Shown here: positions 14,412 to 28,068 of the stretch, piece after piece
How the letters are laid out: each line of letters starts with the position of its first letter
Position numbering within the stretch: the stretch's first letter is position 1
Assembly: GCA_040954595.2 (NCBI GenBank)
Contig: CM082576.2
Location: 16,353,028-16,417,027, forward strand
Reading direction: 5' to 3'
Source: Balanoglossus misakiensis
Taxonomy: Eukaryota; Animalia; Hemichordata
Length of the DNA stretch: 64,000 nt
Notes under the pieces: model-generated
What the model saw: only the letters and a program-made list of their open reading frames with translations
Databases searched by the model: none
What the model was told of the DNA's origin: nothing
Program-made: the position numbers and the translations under genes

Positions 14412-17400
14412 GGTTGTCTGAAAAAACATGACGTCCGATATTAATGTTCTAGACTTGACTTGACAAACAAATGTTACAGTAATGGCTTGCAGCCACAAGT
14501 ACACTGGGATTTTCATTGCAGTTCACTGCAAGAGTTAAATGCCATTTTCTCGATCCCAGGGCAGAACAATGAAGGCAAACAAGAAATCCTTAGTGTTAGC
14601 ACGCAACTGTTCATTGGAAACAAAAGATTTGACCCACTGTTGAGCAGAGTAACAATGGGCATCAAACAACGGACAAAACTACGTGAACAAAATTCGTTAT
14701 GCGACCAGACATACAATAGTACATCACTTGACCCATGACATAAAATTATTTTAAAATTCACGAAATAATAATTGTAATCGTCTGAAGCAAAATACGTGAC
14801 AATTAGCTAAATCGGATGTGTGCTATAAAGCTCCACGCCCGTGTTCAAAAGTTGTGAAACGTTTCAATTCGTTTAGATAGTAACATATGTTTATGACTGC
14901 AAAGGATTCTCAAAACCACACCTTTAAGTATACTTGTTAGAAGTTATCACAGTGATTAGTTTCAGATTTGAATTTCAAATATGGCACATTTTGGCCCCTC
15001 GTTCAAACCTCTCAATGCTTCCCCTAATTTTTAATTTTCGAATTTTAGAGAAACTGATCCTCAGCTGCCTTGATAAAAGAGCCTGAGCGAAATGTGGGGA
15101 AACGTCTTCGACAATGTTAGAGCACTTGATGAAGGAATTCATATACTATCAGTGCGCAGAAAACAGTCGACGACAAGTTAAACATACCTTTGCTGATGTC
15201 ACTGCCCGAGTCACATACGATGGAAGTCGAACAGCCGATGCCTTCGTACAAAATGTACTAACTTTTCCTTCGATACGCTGACTTTATAAACATTCTGCTG
15301 TTTTTGTTAGCACTGAAATAGTTATTGCCACGTTGTCAATTCCGTGCATATTAATTATTTTAACAATAGAACGAATGACGTTCTCCCCATCGCTGAGTTC
15401 TCTCAGAACGATCGATCACTGACCCTAACAAAGTTACCCGCAGAAGTCAAACATCACAACCACGAATAGAAGTAAATTGAAACCTAAACCCTTCACCGTT
15501 ATATCTGCAAGGAAAGACAACCGCCAATCAAAAGTCCTGTTACATCTCCTTGCATGAAGTCTAAGCCTATGCAACAGTGTGGGTTCAACCATGCATGATT
15601 TGAGTTCCGGCTGAGACCATAAAACCTTTCCTCAAGTGTTTAACCTAGACTTTGTGCAAGCAAGGTAGAAGATGTGCAATGGAGACTATGTTTGAAATAC
15701 ACACACGGTTCGTGTGCATTTTATGAGCCTGACAAAAACAAAATAGCACTGGCTTGGCCCCGCAGCAGCTACGGTTGAATAATTAGCACCAAAGATGGCA
15801 TATGATAAGGCTGAGTATGAGCTAAGGAAACACACACGTACACACAAAACAATTAACCGAACGCAAACTGGAAAGAGGATCTACCCAGCTACATGTACAC
15901 AGAACATTAAAACTACACTTTAAAAATATCCTTCTCAAGTAGATATGGCTATATGAATTAGACATTTGGCATGTAGAACCATGGCCGTTCATTCTACAAA
16001 GATGGTGTACATGATTTTGATTATGATTATGATTATGCAGATTAGGTTAACTTTAAATCCAATAAGGTCGCCACGTCAGTGGACCAACATGGTTTGTTAT
16101 AGTCATATGGGCAAACAATTTTTTTCGACAGCTGTTACCTATCTGTCATAATCAAGTCATGAGACCAGTGGTATCTGTACTCTTATTGATGCAGGGACAA
16201 AATCATACACGAAAAGAAACACCATGTACAAATGTGGCATGAGGAAAACCCTCTGCACAAACTCTGTTGCTAGACAGTGATTAACATAACAATGACAAAG
16301 TGAGGCTGATATTTGCACTCCAATATTAACAACCAACATCTTTCTATATAATTTTTCTGTTCAGTGTGTTGACCAAGACGTTCACACTTCAGTTATAATC
16401 CCCCAACCGGAAAACCGCCGTTAGTGGGAATACTACCTACAACGTTTGTGCAGGCCTAGTTTGGCATGGGGGACTTTGAAGCAAGGACACAGTGACCTCC
16501 CGCCGTTTTTTTTCATTTAGTAACGTCCTGGATACTAACAGACATTCCATTTACTTTGTAATTGGTTTTCTTTTGTTATATAAAGTTAACTCACTTTCAT
16601 CAACAAATGTTGCTGGTGCTCAAAACCTAATAAATGTAAAAATAAAACTGGTGGTTTAGCTAATCCAAATAGGCAAGCCGATCAATTTTTTTCTCTCTCA
16701 CTCTCTCGCCCACTCTCTCTGTCGCACTCTGTGCGTCTCTCTCTCTCTTCCCCCCTCTCTCTATCTCTCTCTCTATGTCTTTTGCATGGCTTCTTAGCTG
16801 GCCAACGGACAAAAGTCCATAAAAACCGTAAGGATATTTAAGTCACAAACGAGAAAAGAGAGAGAGAGAGAGAAAAACTTTGGGCGATCATTGACACAAG
16901 TTCAATACCATACGTTGGTTCTTTTCTTCTTTCAGAATGACAGAGCCAGATATTTATAATATGAGGGTAAATGGCAAACACTTTTTCTCTCGTTATAAAA
17001 AAGATATCCTACACCTTTTGTAGGGGACAAAACCAACTGATAACTCTCCTTGACTGTCATGTTGCTGTATTTTGTGTAAAAAAGCTAACTGTCATCTGTT
17101 GTCATTTATTTATTACTTTGTTTCCTTTTTTATCTGCCTAATTTTTCCCCTCAGTTCATGAATAAAACTTCATGAATAAAACTTCAGACCAATGATGTGC
17201 TTACATAGATATTTTATTTCTGTTGTTCCAGATTACATGCGATTCGGCATGATCAAAGACAACCGCGACCAATGAAAACTGTTCACAACGGTGACGAAGG
17301 AATGGTCTATCTCATGTATGTATGTGTTTAAGGACTGGCAGAAGTAAATACGTTTTAAAATACACTATCTCTCTCCCTCCCTCTTCCCTCTCTCTCTATA

Positions 17401-18905
17401 TATATTCCCTCTCCAAATCTTATAATAATTTCAACGATCAGGGACAATAATATTGCGGGAGTCACATTAAAACACAATGAGACAGGTGTGGTTTATTACT
17501 TTCCCACGCTAGGTTTATTAATGCAGCTAATAACCGATTATCGTTGTTGTTGCCTGTTTGTAGGTGTGACACTTCAGCCAATCATCTAAACATCACCGAT
17601 ACACCATCTCCCTACCCTAAATACAATGTAGGTCTACCTAAGTGAGTGATGGAAATCTCATATGGTCGACACAATTTCAAGATGGCCGATTTTTGCCATG
17701 TTTAAGAAATGGGAGTTCATAAGCTAAAGTGATGATGGGTCATTCTCAAACTTTTTAACAGAAAAAATAACAAAATGTGAAAAAAGTTAATGAGTTTAAT
17801 ATGCTAACTACAAAGACAGACATATTTGACCAATGGAAGTCATGAAATACAGTAAACATATAATTTCTTCCGCCCAGAATGAAATGTGATTTGACCCCCT
17901 AGCACAAAGTGAAAACCTATTTAAGGTAGGGAGAATTGCCAGCAATTGATTATATGTTGTTCTATCACAGATTATTTGGGTATAGTCAGTGCACATCTGT
18001 TAGTATATAATCCATGGCACTAGCTAATGCGTCAGCCAGTCACAACATAGAAAATACAAACACAGAATAATAAAACAAAATGATCTAATTCCTATGTAGA
18101 AATCTTTTACAACGTCTTAAATTTAATCTAACAGATGAAATAATGTTTAATATCACAAACTGACGATTTGAAAGTGGTACTGTACTGAAGTAATTTTCTG
18201 ACCATATCTTTTTCTTCAGTTCAGGTGACAAAAAGCTAACAAGTCATTGTAAAAATTGTTGCAATTATATTTTAGAGTCATACATTCTTATTAAAAAAAA
18301 ACATTTATTGCGATCTGGACCACACGTGGTGTTTCTTCTTGAATGGAAAAAAGCATACAGCTGATTTTATTTTATTTTACTATGTCGATCAGGAAATGGA
18401 TTACTCAGTACAATATCTCAGAGCAGCTCCAACAGTTTTCATTGTACTAAGTATGTTCATGCAATTATAAAGGTTTATTAAATACACACATATATAGAAT
18501 AAAAGGTAAAAGTAAGTGGCGCTTAACGTGGAAAAGCCTCGCAACACACACGCCCATGCATTAACGTTAACAGACGAGTTAAAATAAAACATTATTTAAA
18601 ACTTGTAAATACATATAACCCTTAACTGTACTGTCACCCTAACTTAGACTTAGATAAACACATTTAACCCCGGATTCATCAACTTAATTAAACGTAATTG
18701 GTCGTGAATACCTATCAATAATTGTTATTTTATACGCATGTATGTTTGTCTTCTATCTGCATTCTGGCTAAAGAGGAAATGGTTTCCTAAGTCAAAGTAA
18801 TTATATTATAGATTTTTATCTTGTCAGGCGAAAAATGGTCTGGTTCAAATACATGTCGATTTAGTTATACTCTGTAAGGCTGATCAGCGAAATTGGTCCA
18901 CAGAT

Positions 18906-20155
18906 TTATGTGAAAGTTTTGTCTCCATGGACAACTTCGTCTTCTTCGACAAATTTAACCTCTTCCATTTTGCGGAGCTGCGGAAAGAAATAACTAAACA
19001 TTAGATGAATATATCAGGATTCTTACATTAAATTGAATACACAAACACATACTTTCTTCCACTGTGTCTCTTTGTCTCTGTCTGTCTGATGTCTGCCTGT
19101 CTGTCTGTCTGCCCCTCCCTCTCGTATACGTTTTATATGTTAACACTATATTAACATGATACAAGTATACGTACTATTTCGACAGCCTCAGCAGGAACAC
19201 GTGCAACAAAACCTTTCATCAGACTTGTAAAATCGATCTGAAAGTCAACATGTAACCCATGTTCTTCGGCAAGAGCTTGGAACCTGTCTTCGAATTGTGC
19301 CAATTGTTCATCAGTGAGGCCGTCCTGAATGAATACAAACACACGGTGTTCAAGACAACACTTTTGTATATACTTAAAATATGTTGTATGAACATGATGA
19401 ACATGGATAGGACACGACAGAACAATTTCACAAAATTTTTAATGTTCACATGGCGTCCGAAGGTTAGGTTGTGGATAAGTTTACATTTCTAATTAAGTAC
19501 GCTAACGACTGAATGTTTATGACCTAGACAGACTATGCAAAAATGAAAAAGTGTGTATATGTTTGTCAGCACATGGAATACCAAGGTAATTTCGCAAAAA
19601 TTCCTTGACAGGGAAGAATAACTTATAGCATGATGAAATTCGTCGATACCTACTTAGCTACTATGGACGGTTTCCAATAACAATACCTGTGTTTACTCAG
19701 TGGCTTTTTGTAAACAACCAGACTCGAAAGTGAAAAACTTGCCAAAGTGAATAATTGGTCTCTACCATTCATTCATTTTAGGCGAACTTTTACTCTCATA
19801 TAATACAAGCAGGATGGACGTTGTGTGTGGTCGGTCGAATGTTGATTCACTATAATATATCCTCATGTAGAATAACATAAACGGTGTCTCAACCCTAATT
19901 AACAGAAAAAGGGCAGCGAGAGAGAGAAACTTTGTCCATTTAACCGCAATGCACATTTACCTTTAGTTTGACAATGTATTCATCGTCAATTTTCTCGACT
20001 GGGGCATGGATTAATGGAGCATCACGTTTCTGACGCAGTTCACGGACTCTGCGTTCATGTTGGACCTTCTTTATGCTTTTTCCGGAAACTGTGATTTGCA
20101 TAACAAGTAATGCAAATACGAAGAACCAAATCTTCATGAAGTGCGATTGGATCAT
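18906..20155 (-). CDS. Signal peptide plus stand-alone I9 (subtilase propeptide) protein of ~138 aa, or a truncated protease paralogue
   Basis: Three phase-0 GT-AG exons: 19961-20155 (MIQSHFMKIWFF...DEYIVKLK), 19175-19324 (DGLTDEQL...MKGFVARV...), 18906-18977 ([23 protein letters not shown]). They are homologous to exons 1-3 of the neighbouring protease. No catalytic exons were seen downstream. Confidence 0.75.
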
Positions 20156-22680
20156 GGTCGTCTGAAATATATATTTTTAAAAAGTCTGTGAAGTTATGCT
20201 GAAATATTTTTTATCATGTGTGATATGTGCCGCTCACAGTTGATTTATGTAGTTGCATTGACAGCACCAGCTTGGGAAGACTATATGTAGAATAGGCATA
20301 TAAGAATCCCCTACTTTTTTCAATGTATCTTTCCGTGTGACATGCAATGCCAGCATTTACACGCATGTTTATTATTTATACCCTCGGGAATTAAGTTGGT
20401 AGTGGATGATTCGCTATTGACACTGTGTTTAAAATGACGAAAGGAATCGGGGGGGGGGGGGGCAATGCAAAAGAATCAAAATCACTGGTTGGTTCCGATC
20501 GACTTTTGATGTAAATAAAACAGTTAAAATTGGTTTATACCCGGTAGGTTTGGACAGTGCTATTTAGCATTTCTGCATGTGATATAATAACATTATACAT
20601 GCAGATGATATTACCATGTTACCTTTACATAAAGTTAGAACTGTTACTGTTATGTAAGCTTGACACTGAGTTAGTCGTATAGTGTTTGAGTGACTTTAGA
20701 TGAGTTAGCCTATTATAGTAAGTAACACGTAACACGTAATTAATGTGAAGGGGTTGTCGCGCGGCAGTTGTTGGTTTATAAACATCACAATTCATCCACA
20801 AATCCCTGAAATTGGATAATTCTTGGAATGAACGAAGCAGCCAAACGTAGCATAGACTGGACATGACAGCAACTGAAGGTCTTAGTAGGTTTTGGCGACT
20901 GCAATGGGGGTTGCGCTGGTATGGGAGGGATATATTCTCATCAAGGGGGACAGAACTACATAGGATAACCATAACATAAGGAGCCCTGGAAAAGCGCTGA
21001 CAGAAGTGTATTTGTATTTGAAAGTTCATTAAACATCAGTGTCGGGTGACTGCGACAGCGCTAGCAGAATAATCAATTGAATATATTTCATTTTCACAGA
21101 TTGTTTCAGTGCAATGTTGCTGCGGTTTGGAAAAAAACAAAACGCGTGATCGCGGCTACTTTGCCATTTCTGTGTAAATTTGTGATTGTAAGAAATCAAC
21201 TTGTTGCACATGAAAACTACTTTTACCAAATCTTCGCTAACAAGTTTTACAGACTATAGACATTCTAAAGCCATATGTCTTAGTTTTTGGGTGTTTTATT
21301 GTTGACATGAAAACCATGACACATCTGGAAAAAATCTTGATATAAAGAAAAATGTACTCTTGAATTTAGAAAATGAACATTTACAACTACTGTGTCTACT
21401 GACCCTCAAGGGACAAGGGTGTTTCACTTCTGTTGCAATGTCATTTCCATTGACACAAGTTCAGTTGCCAGTTAGCTATTCATTACACATAATAGCAAGA
21501 CATAACAGTCTGTTTACGTCTGGGTGTGTTTAATATTAACAATAAAGGCTGTCCCTTATATGATCAGAATATGTTGATTCCAGTAATTACAAGAAAACAT
21601 ATCAATTTAGTTTCAATTGTAGCAACTGTTATGATTTATCTGAGCTGAGACAACATCTCTGCTTTGAAGATTTGTTTTGTGGCATCCAAACACAAAGTGA
21701 GTTTCCTATGAAGACAACGTTCAGAAAGATTTTCAGGTTGGCTTGGAGGAAATAATGCTATCCAAATATGCGTTAGAGTACAGGTATAAAAATCTGTCAT
21801 AACTACCCATCATGCATCAGTCAGACTGTGCTACTTGTATCATAGAGCAAAACTAGCAAAAATATCCAAATATCAAATTTTACTGTTGAAAAGTTTTATA
21901 CAATACCATATAACTTTTAAATAGCTTCCAAGAATATTGTAATACATTGAGTGTTCAATGGGAAAATGTACATAGATAGCGTGAAAACATTCTAGACATT
22001 TGATGAGCACAAAGTGAAAAGACACTGATCGAGTTATGATATCAAGTCAAAATGGATTGCAACAGTAATTACCACTGTAACTGGACATGCTGGTAGTAGA
22101 AACAACATTGGTTAGAGTTTATGGTTGAACCTTGTGACTTGACAAGCATTTGCAGACACTGTACAGGCCATCCAGATGAAAAAAACATTGGAAACGACAC
22201 CAAAACATGCTAACATACTAAGTGACTTGGCAAACAACTGATATCAGCCATATGTGGTTTATTTTCCAGCCATCGATGACAGCGCGAGACTTCATTCTGA
22301 CCTTTCCACCCCGATAGTATGGTTCAGCCCATTGTTTTCAATGATATGGTTTAACCCATATACTAGAAATGGGGTGAAAGTCTCTCTCTATGTTCTATTT
22401 TTTTGTGAAGCTGTTAACTTAATAATCCTTCTTTCCAAGTGGGCATTGTGTTGTTGCAGGTATCTTTAGTAATCATATCAGCTTGCTTCTCCAAAACATC
22501 ATCCACCTGATTACTATCCCTGTAACAAACACAATACAAAAACACTCATTAAAATCACGAATTTACTTCAATTCCAAACCAAGGTAGCGATTTGACGCGC
22601 TCGCCTTTGTGAGTGGCTGGGCAGCAGGTGTCTGCCGATGTCAAACTGCCATAGCTGTAGTATACTATGTTTACAGTATA

Positions 22681-22845
22681 CAGTCAAACCTGTATTAGTG
22701 GCTACCTCTATATAGTGGCCACTTTGTTACAGTCCCTGTGCAATTTACATATGCATTAATTGACCTGTATATAGAGGCCATTATCTGTCTATAAAGGCCA
22801 GTTCAGGAGAGTCCCTTAACTGGCCACTATAGACAGGTTCGACTG
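22681..22845. mobile_element. Tc1/mariner-pogo-type MITE
   Basis: TA|cagtcaaacctgtattagtggc ... gccactatagacaggttcgactg|TA: imperfect TIRs starting CAGT, with a TA target duplication. Confidence 0.75.
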
Positions 22846-24412
22846 TACTACAGCAGATCAACATCATCATGCACCTGTGCATGGGTCCTAATACAATGTA
22901 ATTGTTCTAACTGTGGCCAAAACAAATTTGCTGGCATACCAAATCCCCACCCCCAGAAATCAAATGGTTAATCTCCCCCAAGAAACAATACAACAGATTT
23001 ATTCCACATAAAGTGTAGAAAGAATTGTTATCATACAATCAGCCACTGACTCACACAGTAACCTGCAATATAGGCAAACTCTTTCATTCTCTGTCAAAGT
23101 TTGCAACTAGACCACGAGCCAGTAGGGGTTTACCTCCCCCCCCCCCCCCCGGGGGGAATATTTGAGACAATGTTTTTCTGAAAGCCTATCATATACTGAG
23201 TAAAATTCACTTTGTTTGCCATCTGGGCACCGGGGCGTTTTCGAGTTATTGGCTTCTAAATTATATTGGGTAGCGTATGTAGAAAAGCCTAAAAGTGCAT
23301 ATAAATTGACGTAGGGGGGTAAATTAGTCTTGTAAAATACTGTCTCTCTGAATGTATACCTAGAACAACAGGGAAGTATTTGGTATCAAAAGAAAGCTTA
23401 ATAAACAAGCTTTCCATTAATTACAAAATAAAAGTGATATGACAAATCATGACATCATAGTGACGTCATAAGTCAAAATACCCTTACGAAAATGGTGTTC
23501 TGTTCACCTATAAATGTGAGGTTTTGCAAAACACGTCTCTGAGCAATTGTACTGATAAAAACTGTGATGTGTTTGGTATCAACAGAAAGCTGATTGAGTA
23601 AAGTATCTAATTATTGCAAAAAAATTGATATAATAATCAATTACGTCATCATTACGCCATACTTCCAAGTACCCTTACCAATTAGTGACTATGATGACAA
23701 GTTATTACCGTAGGAGATAGGTGCCTTTAAATAAAAAAATTGGTAAAGAAGGTTTGTGAAGTCCATTCTATGTAAAAATTGGTGCTGATTCCAAAAAAAG
23801 GCAGTCTTATTGACCCCACCCAAGACAAAATTGCCATTTTGGCACTTTTTAACCCAAAAAAGGTAATTTTTAGAAAACACTAAAAACACACTGTTTTCAT
23901 CACATTCGAAGATCTGATGACATATGATATGCCTATTCTATATAAAATTACGAAAAAAGCAGTCTGACTGACCCCACCCAAGACTATCTCCTGTAGAAAA
24001 CACACAAGAGGAAGAACATACTCTATTCATTGTTTCATTACAGGGACATTATTTTATTTTCAGTACTTTCGTTCTGTGTACCAAATGTAATTTCTTGTTC
24101 TACATCAAACAGTCTGCTTATAACTTGTCAACATAACTATAGCCGTAGGTATGTAACGGCCGATGTTAGTGTTGCGAATACATGATGTATAACCTAACAA
24201 TGTTTATAATTCAAACAGCTGTAAACATTAAAAAAAACTTTTGCTTAATTGTACCGGATGAACGTTGGTGTTTACGTGCATTTCATAAATAAAAAAGATG
24301 TATATGCAAATTTTGATGTCTGCAAGAACATCCTTATTGACAAACGTGTACAGTACAACAGTACAGGAATGTGGCGAGACATGTTTGCATGGCAAAACTA
24401 ATGTCTTCCTAC

Positions 24413-25832
24413 CTGCGTTTCCGGTATATTCTCCAAGAGTCAGTTTATATTTACTGAATTCATCACCAATGACGAATCTATCATATTTTGCGTATCTGGT
24501 TTCGTTGTCAAAGTCTTCCATGTCGATTCTGAGTTCGTAAGTCCGTTGATTTGTCAATCGATGCAACTTATCATTTCCCAGCCAGAACTCGGCAGCAGGA
24601 AACCCGAATCCATTTTTGTAGTCATTCCAGTAGCGGTATAGAAATCTAAGCTACCATCGAGTCTCCTTTGAAATACCTTATAATTAAAAGAATGAACGCG
24701 AAAACCATCAACGCCAGACTGAGACCAATTAAGGTGTGTACCTTCCACAGGAATTACTTTGAATCGGACACCAAGAAATCGGAAGTAGCTGAATTGCAAA
24801 AATATAAAAAATACCAGAAGTGATCGGCTTTCATCCGGTGAGAAAACAATTGTATCAGGCAATCTATCATAATCGTGTATTCCAGAACTATAGTTTTACA
24901 CGTTTGCAATACAGATTAAATTAACAGTTTTCTCTCGAAGCAGCGCTTTTATTTTTAAGAAAATACTAGCCCTGCTTCGCTAAGTATTCTAATAGACACA
25001 TACCGTCCACCCCCCGTTATCTGTCTCCATATCACAATAGACCTTGAATGGGGTTCCGTCGTCCACGGGTTGCACAGTGTACACGCCACTTGGGGTTTCT
25101 TTGTCCCGCCGATAAATATCATAGCAATCCAACCGTGGCCGACGCTCTAAAATACACGCATAATCTTTGAATCATTATTGACGCTTTTATAATCGATCAA
25201 ATCCAGAACGTGTACGTCTAAGATAAGAGGAGTCTGATGATTCTAAAAAATTATTAATGAAATTTGATGTGGCATATTGCGAAAGTACATGTAGAGCTCC
25301 ATATAACACATGAATAAGTGCTGGCATATTATTTGCTAAGCGTACTGTATATTAGTTCTATGGGTCAAAACTGACGTCATTGTGTACATCGGTACACAAC
25401 GGTATGCGAAGCACTATTTTCTGAACAGCGATAAATTTTCGATATTATTGTGCATCTTTATCTCCCAAACCTATAAGATTATTTTAACAATTATTTGAGC
25501 TTATGATTAAAAATAATGTACAGCCATGATGCAATGGCGCTTACATAAAGTAGCTTCATGGTACCACAGTTATTAGATTGAGCGGCACAATACAAGGAGA
25601 TAGCAACAACGTCTTTTCATGCTAACTGTAACATCAGAATCGCGCCATCTCAATGGATATATAGGCACTCCGACACACAACCTCGGTCCGAAAGGCCCGT
25701 ATCATTATCAGTGTGCAGAAATTAATACTTGCCTTGTTTGTGATCGGTTTCCACATGTTCGTCTGTAAGTAACACATTAGCAGGTAATACCAGTAACAGT
25801 ATGAATGTCACCCATACACACGTAAACTCCAT
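24413..25832 (-). pseudogene. Fibrinogen-related domain (FReD/ficolin-like) gene, frameshifted and apparently lacking its last exon
   Basis: Signal-like exon (MEFTCVWVTFILLLVLPA, ATG 25832). Exon ~25004-25146 reads DCYDIY...SGVYTVQP...VYCDMETDNGGWT. Exon ~24413-24677 reads VFQRRLDGSLDFY/YWNDYKNGFG...EFWLGND...GNAG, with a 2-nt insertion near 24636. No FSTxDxDND/GGWW exon was found. Confidence 0.8.
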
Positions 25833-26499
25833 TTTACAATATATCTGGAGAGAAAAAACAACCACGTGACTTCACCTAAATTGGTTTGATAAACATGGGA
25901 AACATGTAGGCGAGCATAATGGTTTTCGGAGATTGAGATCATGTTTAGATCATATATGCGTTTTGTATTCTGTCGTTGGAAAAAAATACAGTAACACAAT
26001 TTAGAAACAAGTATTTCATTCCGATAAAATGCAACAATTTTCCACCTTTCTGAATTTAGCGTCTTCGGAAAAGTATCGGTAAAAACCTTCGAAGTTTCGG
26101 AATAATACTGTCTATACCAACCTCACGTGTAGACTGACACATGACCAGTAATGCTCCCGAGTGAAATGTTGTCCAATGATACAATTTACTGCCGAAAAAT
26201 TGGTGATAATATGCTTTCTGCGTCTCGTCTAAAGGACGATTCTAGTTCAGTGCCGATATAGCATCACGCATATTGTTTTACCTGGCGTTGTGTTCACATT
26301 AGACAGATCTGGAATATATGGCGCACGCTCTTACATATAGGAATGAGTGAAATGTTGTACTTACCACTGAGTGGATGTTCTGTATGCGTTGGCACAACCT
26401 GTTGACTGGCGAAGTAATAACTTCCTAATGTTAACGAGAAGGGCTTGTCGCAAATTTATTTGGAAGAAAATATGAATGGTACATCAATTACATTAATTA

Positions 26500-26850
26500 A
26501 AGGCTGCTGGAGTCATATATTTCAAACAAATTAATTACTTTAACACGGATGTTTCTCAGCATGGCGGAAGGTAGACTTATATTGGGTTTCGTGCTTGTAC
26601 AAACTTATTATTTGAACAATAATGAAAGGAGACAGTTTAGAAGTCTGTTGGAGCTAAACATTTAACACAAATTAAATACACCAGGTACAGAGGTTTCTCA
26701 GCAAAGGTAGAATTTATTGTGTGTACACGATTTATTCGAAAAAATAATGACAGGTACATTTCATTAGAGGGCTGCTAGAGCCATACATTTTGCACCAAGT
26801 AAACATGGACGCGGAGGATTCTCAGCACGACAAAGGTCAGATGTTGGGAA
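26500..26850. repeat. Three degenerate ~140-bp tandem units
   Basis: Recurring ctgYtRgag...ttctcagca...aaggt motif near 26503, 26644 and 26772. Confidence 0.5.
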
Positions 26851-28068
26851 TTCATGAGTTATATGTACTTTACTTGTTTGTGGATAATATATCTGGTTGA
26901 ACGAGACATGTATGTAGAGTGTACAGGCAGACAAAAATGAAATTGTGACTGATACGATTTCGGTCCATTGGACCTTTCTGTGTTATCAAGAATACGTGGA
27001 ATACTTGCATAAAGTCTCTCAGTGTACGAAATGATGACAATTTGTACATTAAAAGGAGTTTAAATAATTACCGCTTTTTCTGTTTTGCAATAGAAAATAA
27101 TGTTGTTAGTCAGCTCTAAAAATAAACTTTGCCACAGAGTTAAAAAAAAGGCTTTTATCCTCTGCCATTAGAGTTCTTTCACGTATCACGTCTGTGTGGG
27201 GTACAATTTCAGGCTTTTCAAACATACAGGGCGAGCATCGAATCTCGCGTAAATGAAATAACGCGTTTCTCCATTTTATCTGATCATATTAAAAATTATT
27301 TTAGTTGGCCTCGCGAGATAATCGAGAAATTCTAAAGTAACCATGACAAATTTCCATATGAAAGAATTCTCAATGAGCAGAGAAAATAAAACCATTGGCC
27401 TGTGAATAATGACCCCATGGTTGATTATGGTTCACATGTCAAGAATGTCCGGCAATCCCCGAAATGACTAACGAGGTAACGTGCACGTTAATTCCAGGCG
27501 GAACAAATGTGTAAACAAAGATAAGACTGGTTGTTAACTGAGTTAAATTACACACACTGGGATTTCTCACACTCTGTGTTAATGCGCACACAGACAACTG
27601 TTATCTGACACTAGTTCTGATTGGAGAATGATATTCGTACCCCTTAATAGAACGAGCAAATATTATCCAATTGTGTGAATTGTGGATGTGTTGTACACGA
27701 ACCGGAACTACAATGTGACCAGGTCATGTGCAGACGACAGTGGTGTACGTGGTTGGCGACAGACTCGCAAAAAGTTTAAAACGGTTGATGTTGGCGAAGT
27801 GGAACCATTACAACCACAGGAGTATTGCACAATTTGAATTTAACATATACTCTCAATATACAGGTAAAGTCACAATCAATTAATATTTAGTCATTGATGA
27901 TATCAAGTGGGAAAGACGTGGTCGTCGACACCATTCTATAGCCATATGTACTAAGAAAAAAAGTGAGCGTTTTATCACTGGCACACATTTTTGCCATTGA
28001 ATGCAGTAAATTATTTGCTTTGTCGATTATATTTCGATATAGAAAATTGTAAATCTATGTCTACACTT

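Noticed and set aside
23106-23990. Possible DNA transposon (repeated gaccccacccaagac, C/G runs)
   Set aside because: I could not define matching TIRs or a TSD, so it is not called as a feature.
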